Of a stretch of 40,859 bases of DNA, positions 9,085 through 17,878 are shown piece by piece (the first letter of the stretch is position 1; each line of letters opens with the position of its first letter). The position numbers were made by a program, and so were the translations under genes. Source of the stretch: Alphaproteobacteria bacterium (GTDB lineage: Bacteria > Pseudomonadota > Alphaproteobacteria > RUG11792); assembly GCA_017471265.1 (NCBI GenBank), contig JAFUUW010000002.1, positions 1 through 40,859 on the forward strand, in the 5' to 3' direction. Under the pieces are notes generated by a model. The model had not been told where the DNA came from, did no database searches, and worked only from the letters and a program-made list of their open reading frames with translations.

Positions 9085-9828
9085 TTATGCTCGCCTAGGC
9101 TTATTCCGCGTATTTCCTCCATACTCCTTTGAAACTTCCGCGAGGCGAACATCGCCCCTTGCCAAGTCTCCGAGTTCGTACTCCCCGTATTTTGTGCGTA
9201 TCAATCTGTTGACTGATACGCCATAATGTGCAAGAGCTTTGCGTATCTCACGATTTTTTCCTTCGTGCAAAGTGCACGCAATCCACTGGTTTTTTCCTGT
9301 TCCGCCGCCCAGTTTTTCCACGATTATCGGAGCGTATTTTATCTCGTCAACGGTCGCTCCTTTTCGCAACTCTGTTATCGCATCTTCGGCTAGTGTGCCG
9401 AAAATTCGTACACGATATTTTCGTTCCCATCCGGTTTTCGGGGATTCTGCAAATCTTGCAAATGCCCCATCATTCGTCAGCAAAAGAAGCCCTTCAGAAT
9501 TCAGATCAAGCCGCCCAATGGAGATTACGCGCTCGTTAATTTTCGTTTGCAGATAATCGAAAACCGTCGGACGTCCTTTTTCGTCATCGTGCGTTGTAAC
9601 CAATCCTGCTGGCTTGTTGAAAATCCATACCTTCGTTTGTGCCTTTATGCATTTGTATCCTTCTCCTCGAACCATTATTTGCGAGCCTATCGTAACCTTT
9701 GTGCCAAGCTCAGTAACTCGTTTGGCATCGACGCATACATCCCCCGCAAGTATCAATTTATCGGCATCACGTCGCGAGCATATGCCCAGTTCAGCTAAAG
9801 CTTTGTTTAATCTCATCTGCTCGCTCAT
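9085..9828 (-). CDS. rluB: RsuA/RluB-family 23S/16S rRNA pseudouridine synthase with N-terminal S4 domain
   Basis: The sequence reads MSEQMRLNKALAELGICSRRDADKLILAGDV (S4 domain), then ISIGRLDLNSEGLLLLTNDG (catalytic Asp motif) and HEGKNREIRK. The start at 9828 forms an ATGA overlap with the tadA stop. The longer ORF-track start at 9957 would overlap tadA. Confidence 0.85.
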   Translation of the reverse strand: MSEQMRLNKALAELGICSRRDADKLILAGDVCVDAKRVTELGTKVTIGSQIMVRGEGYKCIKAQTKVWIFNKPAGLVTTHDDEKGRPTVFDYLQTKINERVISIGRLDLNSEGLLLLTNDGAFARFAESPKTGWERKYRVRIFGTLAEDAITELRKGATVDEIKYAPIIVEKLGGGTGKNQWIACTLHEGKNREIRKALAHYGVSVNRLIRTKYGEYELGDLARGDVRLAEVSKEYGGNTRNKPRRA

Positions 9829-10268
9829 TGCTTTCGTACCTTCTCGAAAAAGTTCCGTATAACCTTTGAGCAACGCTCCTCCTGAATTCCTCCAACGATG
9901 GTCGGTTTTATCATCGAGTTGTCGAACAGTCGTACACCATGTTCTATGGCTCCGCACTTCGGGTCGTACGCACCAAAAAATATCTCAGCAATCCTGACCT
10001 TTTCCAACATCGCTGCACAAAATGCACACGGTTCGAGCGTTACGTATATGCTTGAGCGTTCCAAGTATTTTGTTTGCAGCAGCTTGCAAGCTTCGGAAAT
10101 TGCCAGAAATTCCGCGTGAAGCCAAGGCTTTTGCTCACATTCAACTTTGTTTGAAGCTGTGGATATAACTCGATTGCCGATAGCAACTGCCGCACACACC
10201 GGAACCTCATCCCCGCGCAACGCCTCAGATGAGGAAACAACACACTCCATAATTTCCGCTGAATACAT
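9825..10268 (-). CDS. tadA: tRNA-specific adenosine deaminase
   Basis: 147-aa ORF with the CDA zinc motifs HAEFLAI and PCAFCAAML. The start is uncertain, because the ATG at 10268 is only 6 nt from the tRNA-Asp. An alternative is ATG 10250. Confidence 0.88.
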   Translation of the reverse strand: MYSAEIMECVVSSSEALRGDEVPVCAAVAIGNRVISTASNKVECEQKPWLHAEFLAISEACKLLQTKYLERSSIYVTLEPCAFCAAMLEKVRIAEIFFGAYDPKCGAIEHGVRLFDNSMIKPTIVGGIQEERCSKVIRNFFEKVRKQ

Positions 10269-10274
10269 ACGAAG

Positions 10275-10351
10275 TGGCGGGAGAGACGGGACTTGAACCC
10301 GCGACCTTCGGCGTGACAGGCCGACGCTCTAACCAGCTGAGCTACTCACCC
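10275..10351 (-). tRNA. tRNA-Asp (anticodon GUC), CCA encoded
   Basis: The reverse complement is GGGTGAGTAGCTCAGCTGGTTAGAGCGTCGGCCTGTCACGCCGAAGGTCGCGGGTTCAAGTCCCGTCTCTCCCGCCA. The anticodon loop is CT-GTC-AC. There is one T-T mismatch in the acceptor stem. Confidence 0.88.
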
Positions 10352-11193
10352 AATTCAGGGCAACCCAAACAACTACTTGCAGGATACCCCGCTTTTTGAG
10401 TGAGCGTCAAGGATTATTTTTGCCAATTCGGACATTCCTTTAACCAAGGCTCAATGCACCACTCAATTTAAGACATGATATCAGGGGAAAAATATGAAAA
10501 TTTGTCTGCAGGTATGAAAAAATGCGTGAAGCCAGAATTGTTGTAGACATGCAAAATGTTGTTAATACATAAGGTAAGTAATGATGTTGCATAGACGTGA
10601 TATAAAACAATAAATTTTGATTAAAATTAACAAAAAAATCTTCCAAGACGTAATGGGGATACAGGTAGAAATGGCGTTGGTAATCGGAAATTTATCAATT
10701 CTGTGTTCTGGATTTTGAAGACGATGGTACCGTAGCGAATTACAATCTGAATATAATTGAAGATTTACCTTGAAATGAAGCAATGAGATTAAGAAAAATA
10801 AATATTACAAATAAGCGTAATATTTTACATTAGAAAGTTTTGTTATTTTTTGCTCTATTTCCTAATTGTCTCATTATGCTTTACAGCAATTCTTTTTGAT
10901 GATACTATCTAACTTAATTTTAATGCAAAAATTTAACCAAAACTAAAAAGTAAATATTTTAAACCTATCATCACATTTTTTGACTGCGAACTTTAATAAA
11001 ACCCACTCTACACTCCCACTTGTTATTCGTAAATTTTCCCATTCTAAAAATGGATTGCATATTCCGTTCAAGTCGGTATATCGCAGCGGATTTCGAAAAA
11101 TTATTTAAAATTTTATGGGACTTTTTTCATTTTGGGAAAGTGGTGGTCTATCTGTAAAGATGGTTATAGGGGGACACAGGATAGCAGGCAATT

Positions 11194-11622
11194 ATGAGAA
11201 ACAGAGCGTGGACGCAAGAGGAGATAGATGTCTTAAGAACCGGTTTTAATGCGGGTAAATTGATAAAAATTATCGCCGGAGAAGTTGGGCGTTCCACGAC
11301 CGCCGTCAACAAGTTTTTGAGCCGATCGGGAATTAGGACTCGGCGTTGGTCAATTGAACGTGTCCACGCTCCGTCTGTGAAATTTATTGAACACAAGGTC
11401 GCAGCATGCACGGCTATAGGAAAGGCGTCGAGCTTGGAAAAGGTAATTATCTACCTACAACAGAATGGATATACGGTGAGTGAAAGTCCAAATCCAACAA
11501 TAGGAGGATACTTTCTCGACAACAAACCTATTTCAAGCATCAAATTGCTCATAATCGCAAACAAACTTCGGGAAGAGCAATGCCAACCGCCGTTTTCAGC
11601 ACCCGAACTCAGCTGGGAATGA
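11194..11622 (+). CDS. Hypothetical protein with a GcrA-like / Myb-like N-terminal HTH
   Basis: The N-terminus, WTQEEIDVLRTGFNAGKLIKIIAGEVGRSTTAVNKFLSRSGI, follows the GcrA N-domain pattern W-T-x-E-x3-L-x6-G-x5-IA-x3-G-x4-AV-x2-K-x2-R-x-G. The C-terminal half lacks the GcrA Cys/His-containing domain. Confidence 0.45.
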   Translation: MRNRAWTQEEIDVLRTGFNAGKLIKIIAGEVGRSTTAVNKFLSRSGIRTRRWSIERVHAPSVKFIEHKVAACTAIGKASSLEKVIIYLQQNGYTVSESPNPTIGGYFLDNKPISSIKLLIIANKLREEQCQPPFSAPELSWE

Positions 11623-11679
11623 AACACTAACCCAGGCAGGCGAGCACATTACTAAGCGGGGCAAAATGAATATAGATGC

Positions 11680-11715
11680 AAAAAAACGCGGAGGGAGACA
11701 AAGAAGTCTCGCTCC
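11680..11715 (-). terminator. Rho-independent terminator downstream of hppA
   Basis: The minus strand reads GGAGCGAGAC-TTCTTT-GTCTCCCTCC, followed by GCGTTTTTTT. Confidence 0.6.
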
Positions 11716-11731
11716 ACGTGGTGGTGCCGTG

Positions 11732-13837
11732 CTAACTGGCTAGAGCAGCCAGGAGCAGCAGAGCCACAATGTTGATTATTTTAATCATCGGATTGACGGC
11801 AGGCCCAGCAGTGTCCTTGTATGGATCGCCAACGGTATCTCCCGTAACAGCAGCCTTGTGAGCGTCCGATCCTTTGCCCCCGAAGTTCCCATCTTCGATA
11901 TACTTTTTGGCATTATCCCAAGCACCTCCGCCAGATGTCATCGAGATAGCGACGAACAATCCGGAGACTATCGTCCCGATCAACGTGGCACCGAGCGCGG
12001 AAAAAGCGGCTTCCTGTCCGGCTATAGCGTTTATGACGAAATAAACGATCACCGGAGCAAAGAGCGGCAATATCGATGGCACGATCATTTCCTTGATTGC
12101 AGACTTTGTTAGCAGATCAACAGCCGCTTTGTAGTCTGGCTTTGCAGCGCCTGACATTATGCCTCTTATTTCTTTGAACTGGCGGCGCACTTCAAGCACG
12201 ACGGCGCCACCAGCTTTACCGACAGCTTTCATACCGAATGAACCGAAGAGGTACGGCAACATTGCCCCAAAAAGTAACCCAACCAAGACGTATGGACTTT
12301 GTAAGCTGAACTCGACGACCATACTTGGGAAGTAATGCGCCAGATCCTCAACGTACGTGGCGAATAGCACAAGAGCAGCCAAACCGGCGGAACCTATTGC
12401 ATATCCCTTAGTTACCGCCTTTGTTGTATTTCCCACAGCATCCAAGGCATCAGTAATGTCTCGAACATCGCTTGGAAGTTCGGACATTTCAGCTATGCCA
12501 CCAGCATTGTCGGTAACAGGTCCATATGCATCCAGTGCAACTATAATGCCAGCAAAAGCAAGCATTGTCGTTGCAGCAATGGCGATACCGAATAGCCCCG
12601 CACAGATGTATGCGCAGATAATGCCACCGCAGATGACAATCGTTGGCAAGGCGGTAGCCTCCATCGAAACAGCCAAGCCCTGGATTATATTCGTGGCGTG
12701 CCCCGTTTGAGACGCACTTGCGACGCTTTTTACCGGGCGATAGGAGACGGAAGTATAAAATTCAGTTACCCAGACCAAAAGCCCAGTTACGGCAATGCCG
12801 ACAAAGCAGCACTGCAACAAATTCATCGGAGTGAATTCACCACCGGAAAACGATATACCGGTTGATAAAGTATCAAACATCGAATTCGTAACTCCGTATA
12901 TGAGCCCAGCCGATACGATACCAGACGCAATCAAGCCCTTGTATAGAGCCTTCATAATCCCATTGGACTTGTCGAGCTTGACGAAAAATGTACCGATTAT
13001 TGAGCCGATGATACAGACGGCACTGATGGCAAGTGGATACATCATCATAAGAGATTTGGACTCATCAGCAAAGTGAATGCTGGCAAGCACCATCGAGGCG
13101 ACTATCGTAACAGCGTATGTCTCAAACAAGTCGGCGGCCATACCGGCGCAATCTCCGACGTTGTCCCCAACGTTGTCGGCTATGACGGCAGGGTTCCTCG
13201 GATCGTCCTCTGGAATGCTTGCTTCAACTTTTCCGACTAAGTCAGCTCCAACATCAGCGCCTTTTGTGAAAATACCGCCACCTAGCCTTGCGAAGATAGA
13301 TATGAGGGATGCCCCGAAGCTCAGAGCGACAAGCGACTCGGTTACCAATCGCAAGTCCAGATCAAATGCTCGCAATACGAAGTAGTAGCACGAAACACCG
13401 AGCAATCCAGCACCGACAACAAGCATACCTGTTATCGAGCCGGAGTCAAAAGCGACAGCCAAAGCTTTTGCAAGAGACGATCTCGCGGCTTCAGCCGTTC
13501 TCACGTTTGCCCTGACGGAAATGTTCATTCCGATATACCCGGCAACACCTGACAAGACGGCACCAAGAACGAAACCACCGGCTACGTACGGCGAGAGGCA
13601 AAACCACAGAAGAGCAGCAACAATAACCCCAACTTTAGCGATAGTTGAGTACTGGCGATTGAGGTACGCCTTTGCACCAACCTGGATAGCACCAGCAACT
13701 TCAACCATACGTTGATTGCCGCACGGAAGCTTGAAGACAGAGCTGATTTTCAACATAGCAAAGAGGACAGCAACAACGCCACACGCTATGACCGACAGAT
13801 CTATGGGGGACGGCATAAACCCACACCTACAAAACAC
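11732..13837 (-). CDS. hppA: Membrane-bound H+-translocating pyrophosphatase, K+-independent type
   Basis: 701-aa polytopic ORF with [19 protein letters not shown] and DTVGDPYKD motifs. GNTTKA (Lys rather than Ala) marks the K+-independent class. An alternative start is ATG 13816. Confidence 0.95.
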   Translation of the reverse strand: MFCRCGFMPSPIDLSVIACGVVAVLFAMLKISSVFKLPCGNQRMVEVAGAIQVGAKAYLNRQYSTIAKVGVIVAALLWFCLSPYVAGGFVLGAVLSGVAGYIGMNISVRANVRTAEAARSSLAKALAVAFDSGSITGMLVVGAGLLGVSCYYFVLRAFDLDLRLVTESLVALSFGASLISIFARLGGGIFTKGADVGADLVGKVEASIPEDDPRNPAVIADNVGDNVGDCAGMAADLFETYAVTIVASMVLASIHFADESKSLMMMYPLAISAVCIIGSIIGTFFVKLDKSNGIMKALYKGLIASGIVSAGLIYGVTNSMFDTLSTGISFSGGEFTPMNLLQCCFVGIAVTGLLVWVTEFYTSVSYRPVKSVASASQTGHATNIIQGLAVSMEATALPTIVICGGIICAYICAGLFGIAIAATTMLAFAGIIVALDAYGPVTDNAGGIAEMSELPSDVRDITDALDAVGNTTKAVTKGYAIGSAGLAALVLFATYVEDLAHYFPSMVVEFSLQSPYVLVGLLFGAMLPYLFGSFGMKAVGKAGGAVVLEVRRQFKEIRGIMSGAAKPDYKAAVDLLTKSAIKEMIVPSILPLFAPVIVYFVINAIAGQEAAFSALGATLIGTIVSGLFVAISMTSGGGAWDNAKKYIEDGNFGGKGSDAHKAAVTGDTVGDPYKDTAGPAVNPMIKIINIVALLLLAALAS

Positions 13838-14065
13838 ACCTGGAGATATTCTAGCAAAGCTAGGTACTTCAGCGATAGAGGATGTATCGAATGCTCTTAG
13901 GGCAAACGCCTGCCTAAGCTGATTAAGTTTTATACCATTTACCAGAGATTAACCCCAGAAGTACCTTGTAACCTGCATTCCTGAAGCCATTTCTTACAGA
14001 GTTTTTTTAGGATGTTTTTTCAGATATCCCAATAAAAGCTTGTTGTGTAACTTCCACCTCAACAA

Positions 14066-14485
14066 AATAGATAACCTACCGGCTGGAAGCCGGTGATCCT
14101 AGTTCACGCTTGGAAAGCGGATTAAAAGAGTAAACTCTTAAAATTCAGAGATATTAAAATTATCATGCTTATGATGTGCCTATTGTTTTTTATATATTTC
14201 TTTTGTACTTAGTTGTTCGGACGTTACGACAAAATATCCCCTTGCCCGCGAGTGTTGTCCCCTGTACCGTTTCCTTAATTTCTGGAATTCACTCCCTTAT
14301 CACTTCTATACATCTTTAATAATATTATCGTATAGCACTCTATACCTATATTTTATGCAGAATACTGCACGGTATTCTTTATCGTGTACACTATGTGAAC
14401 TTCTTTTGTATGCCGTACCTCACATTATGCTAAAGCCTTCGCCTGAAGGCGAGGGTTTTTACCCATCCCGCGTTTTAGAAATAAA
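14066..14485 (-). mobile_element. Degenerate IS200-like element, copy 2 (internally deleted, ~420 bp)
   Basis: It has the right-end hairpin ACCGGC-TGGAA-GCCGGT and the left-end GC hairpin CTTCGCC-TGAA-GGCGAGG. Homology to the other copies is clear, and ~150 bp of the tnpA interior are missing. Confidence 0.8.
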
Positions 14486-14609
14486 CAATGGCAAAGTAAC
14501 AGAAGCATATGTAACGTTTGGTAAAAACGTATAGACAGGTCATGATAAGCGGTTTATACGTGCCTAAGAAGCGGAGAGTTGCAAAAGAGCCAAGAGCAAT
14601 CATTCTAAA

Positions 14610-14771
14610 TTATTATTTTTTCCAAAAGGGACGAGAAAAATGACCTGATTTGCCAAGCGGCAGTCAAGCTTGTAGGGCGCGGCCCGGAAAGCAAGCGTTA
14701 GCGCAGCGTGGCTTGACGGCAGCACGAAAGGCAAATCAGTACAATGCGTCCTGCCTTTTGGGAAAAATAAT
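14610..14771 (+). repeat. ~165-bp nested palindromic repeat element, copy B
   Basis: It has the same arms and core as copy A. Confidence 0.9.
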
Positions 14772-14965
14772 TTGTTGTGCAAGTGAAGTTAAATCTATTC
14801 CGATCGGGCTCTATTTTTCAGAACTGCAAATGTTAAAGCTACGAAGGTAGGATGCCTCGGTGATTAACCTGAGATTGTATGTTCTATTCCAATCCAGTCG
14901 TCATAACGCCTGAACGTTCCAAACTTTTCCAGATGTCTTGTTGTATGCTGGTTGAAAAGACTGGA

Positions 14966-15479
14966 AATAGATCCCCCACCGGCTGGAAGCCGGTAGTTTT
15001 AAGTTACGCTTTGAAAGCTGATTAAAGGAGTAAACTCCTAGAATTCGAAAACCCTAAAGTTATCGTATTTGCAATGTGTCTCTGCTCCTCTGTATATTTT
15101 TCGTGTATTTATATCTGGACGTTGCAACAAAATATCCTCTCGCTCACAATTGTCTCCAGTATCGTTTTTTTATTCCTGAAACTCACTTTGCAGTTTTCTG
15201 ACACTTTTCTCTTTTATACATTCTGAGAAATGTGGAGATACCGAGACCATCGTATATTGTGATATGAACTCATCCGCTTGTTATGTCTACGTGGTTGGAA
15301 GAGCATACTTTTTATAATTTATATACACCTTTCCGCTACATATATTTCATGCAGAACACTATGTTGCATTTTATATTTATACGCTAGGTGAACTTCTTTT
15401 GTATACCATGCTTCGCATTATACTAATGTGTTTGACTAAAGACGAGGTTTTTCACTCATTCCACGTTTTGGAAATAAAC
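14966..15479 (-). mobile_element. Degenerate IS200-like element, copy 3
   Basis: Both subterminal hairpins are present. The tnpA region is riddled with frameshifts and stops. Confidence 0.8.
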
Positions 15480-15482
15480 GGA

Positions 15483-15794
15483 GATGTACGCCTTAACCGC
15501 GCGCATATGCTGTTTTAGGCACCTCCGTGTTTCGTAATCTCAGAAATCGCGCAGTGCATAAGAGGGAAAAGTCGCAGGAAGTTACGGGGAGAATTTCGAG
15601 AATTGAAAAATAGATGTTAGAGACTACTCTGTAGGCAAGAGGATATTTTGCGATATCAATCAAACAAATAAATGTAAAATGAACTCAAAAAAAGTGTAAA
15701 AATATCATAAAATAATACGCCAAAAGTAACCCTTTTAATTTGCTTTTCAAGTGTACATCAGAACTACCGACTTCTAGTCGGTAGGTTATCTATT
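15483..15794 (+). mobile_element. Degenerate IS200-like element, copy 4 (3' half only), abutting the left end of copy 3 head-to-head
   Basis: It starts within the HUH-coding region (..cgcgcatatgctg..). It ends with the hairpin CTACCGAC-TTCTA-GTCGGTAG followed by GTTATCTATT. Confidence 0.7.
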
Positions 15795-15817
15795 TTGTGA
15801 CTACGTCAATCAAGAGC

Positions 15818-15845
15818 AAAAAAATTCCTTTCACGGGGAATTTTT
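15818..15845 (-). terminator. Possible weak intrinsic terminator downstream of rlmE
   Basis: The minus strand reads AAAAATTCC-CCGTGAAA-GGAATTTTTTT. The stem is AT-rich. Confidence 0.35.
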
Positions 15846-15889
15846 GATGACAAGACTTTGACGTATCCTTCTTCTGTGCCTACGTACGC

Positions 15890-16522
15890 TCACTCTTTCC
15901 CCACGTACCCCGTTGCGATTAGGTATGTTTCTGGGGATGATTTACGACTTGAGTTTGGCTTGAAGTGTGATACCTTCGCAAAATTATGCTTCAGCTCTGT
16001 CAGCAAACCTACCTCTGTACCCCCTTGAAAAACCTTTGCAACTATAGCTCCGCCAGGCTTTAAAGTTGTTTGGCAAAAGGCGTATACCGCCTCAATCAAG
16101 TTCATAATACGCAGATGATCTATCCGATGGATGCCGCAGGTATTCGGCGCCATATCGCTCAGTACCACATCGACCTTTTGTCCACCGAGCATCTGTTCCA
16201 GTAGCTCAGCACAGGATTGCTCCAGGAAGTCGCCCCTTATGAACTCGACTCCAGGGAGAGGCGACATATCGAGCAAGTCCACGGCTACGACCCGTCTTGC
16301 TATTGGAGCAACAACCTGAGACCAACCACCAGGCGCCGCTCCGAGATCCACAACTACGGCATCTTTGCGTATTACACGAAACTTTTCTTGAATTTCAAGG
16401 ATCTTAAATGCAGCCCGTGAACGGTACCCCAACCGCTTAGCCTCCGCAACGAAAGGGTCGCTCAGCTGCCGTTCCAGCCACTTTCGAGAAGATTCCTTGA
16501 GCTTACGGTTTCGAACCTGCAT
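15890..16522 (-). CDS. rlmE: 23S rRNA (uridine2552-2'-O)-methyltransferase RlmE/FtsJ
   Basis: The sequence shows W..RQLSDPFVAEAKRLGYRSRAAFKILEI, the SAM motif VVDLGAAPGGWSQV and DVVLSDMAPN. The start is set at ATG 16522, because the longer ORF-track start runs through tRNA-Leu. Confidence 0.92.
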   Translation of the reverse strand: MQVRNRKLKESSRKWLERQLSDPFVAEAKRLGYRSRAAFKILEIQEKFRVIRKDAVVVDLGAAPGGWSQVVAPIARRVVAVDLLDMSPLPGVEFIRGDFLEQSCAELLEQMLGGQKVDVVLSDMAPNTCGIHRIDHLRIMNLIEAVYAFCQTTLKPGGAIVAKVFQGGTEVGLLTELKHNFAKVSHFKPNSSRKSSPETYLIATGYVGKE

Positions 16523-16541
16523 ACCGCTTTCCACCAAAAAC

Positions 16542-16628
16542 TGGTGCCCGGAAGAAGACTCGAACTTCCACGGGGTCGCCCCCACACGCACCTGAAGCGT
16601 GCGCGTCTACCAATTCCACCACCCGGGC
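16542..16628 (-). tRNA. tRNA-Leu (anticodon CAG), long variable arm, CCA encoded
   Basis: The reverse complement is GCCCGGGTGGTGGAATTGGTAGACGCGCACGCTTCAGGTGCGTGTGGGGGCGACCCCGTGGAAGTTCGAGTCTTCTTCCGGGCACCA. The anticodon loop is TT-CAG-GT. Confidence 0.88.
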
Positions 16629-16749
16629 TCACCGCCACTCTACCACCAACTCTTACGTGTAGTCAAGGATATAATTGGATATCATCAACACTTACTTTTT
16701 AATTGCTCGTAAATAATGTTTTGCGTTCTATAAGTCAAAAAAGTTTTTA

Positions 16750-16939
16750 ATTGATATAAAACCCAGTTCTTACGTTCCCAAGGGCAAAGATACCATTGGG
16801 CATAATTTCTTTGACACTCCATGCAGTTCCAATTATTTGCTTCCGGCGTAAAATTCCGACGTTCAAAACTATGACGGGAAAGTTCATAATAGGCATCAAT
16901 GTTTTCACTCTTGAACTGAATTGGGACAAACAAGTTACC
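16750..16939 (-). pseudogene. Decayed second copy of the dnaQ 3' end, truncated by the left end of IS200-like copy 5
   Basis: The minus strand reads GNLFVPIQFKSENIDAYYELSRHSFERRNFTPEAN, then a frameshift, then LELH..KKL. Intact DnaQ reads GNLFGSLQPKSENVDTYVEFSRHSFEHRSFPPNADELELHKAFLQKL. Nucleotide-level similarity to 7026-7211 is visible by eye. Confidence 0.7.
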
Positions 16940-17508
16940 TTTATTTCCAAAACGTGGAAAGGGTGAAAACCCTCGCCTTCAGGCGAAGGCTTTAGTATGA
17001 TGTGAGGTACGATATACAGAAGAAGTTCATATAGTGCATACGATATAGAATACCACGTGGTATTCTGTACAATATGTAGGTATAGGGCGTTATACGGCAA
17101 TATTGTCGAAAGGTGTATAGAAGTGAGATGGGAGGTATGCTCTGCCAATTACGTAGACATGATAGGCGGAAATTTAAGTCTCTACTACATACAATGCTGA
17201 CCTTGACGCTTCCGCATCTCTCTGTATCAAAAGTTGTACAATATATAGAAGGAAAAGTAGCAGAAAACTGCAAAGAGAATTCCAGGAATTAAGAAAACGG
17301 TACCGAGGACAACCCCTGTGGACGAGGGGATATTTCATAATAACATTCGGACAGATAAGTGCAAAAGAGATACAAAAGTATATAGATGAACAAGATTCAC
17401 ATCATAAGCGGGATAACTTTAGAATTTCTGAGTTCTAAGAGTTTGCCCTTTTAATCCGCTCTTCAAGCGTGAACTAGAACCACCGGCTTCCACCCGGGGG
17501 TACCTATT
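16940..17508 (+). mobile_element. Degenerate IS200-like element, copy 5 (near full length, 569 bp)
   Basis: The left end is TTTATTTCCAAAACGTGG plus a GC hairpin. Frameshifted TnpA pieces read ..YHVVFCT-like.., VSKVVQYIEGK, FQELRKRY and ISAKEIQKYIDEQ. The right-end hairpin is degraded. Confidence 0.85.
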
Positions 17509-17878
17509 AACCATATCTGCCATCTAAAATTTCGTCAAAGTTTGGTTTTGTGGAGTTTTCAAGATTTTTCTTCATCAATCTCTCATAGTTTTGCTTCGAA
17601 GATATTTGAGTTAGAACTCACTCACTATTCTCGCCTCTCCTCTCGACACAACGAAGCCCATAAACTTCGAGGTACAGTTCTGTAACTCTTTCCTATCCTT
17701 GGCAAAACACCTTTTTGTTTTAATTAAAGTTTGTCGGTGTTTACCTATGAACATTATCGTCTATATTTTTTTAATCACAACTTAAAACTTCCGAATCTTT
17801 TACATTTACAGTACTCGCAAAATCTTTCCAAACAACCGTTCCATTCCATTATTCCTCAAATCAAAAAGCCCTCACCTC

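Noticed and set aside
10440-11190. The AT-rich region as the chromosomal replication origin
   Set aside because: I found no cluster of DnaA boxes (TTATCCACA-like) there. I also found no TTAA-N7-TTAA CtrA sites. AT-richness alone is not sufficient evidence.
16523-16591. N-terminal extension of rlmE (ORF-track start 16591)
   Set aside because: The extension reads through tRNA-Leu (16542-16628). The internal ATG at 16522 gives a normal RlmE N-terminus.
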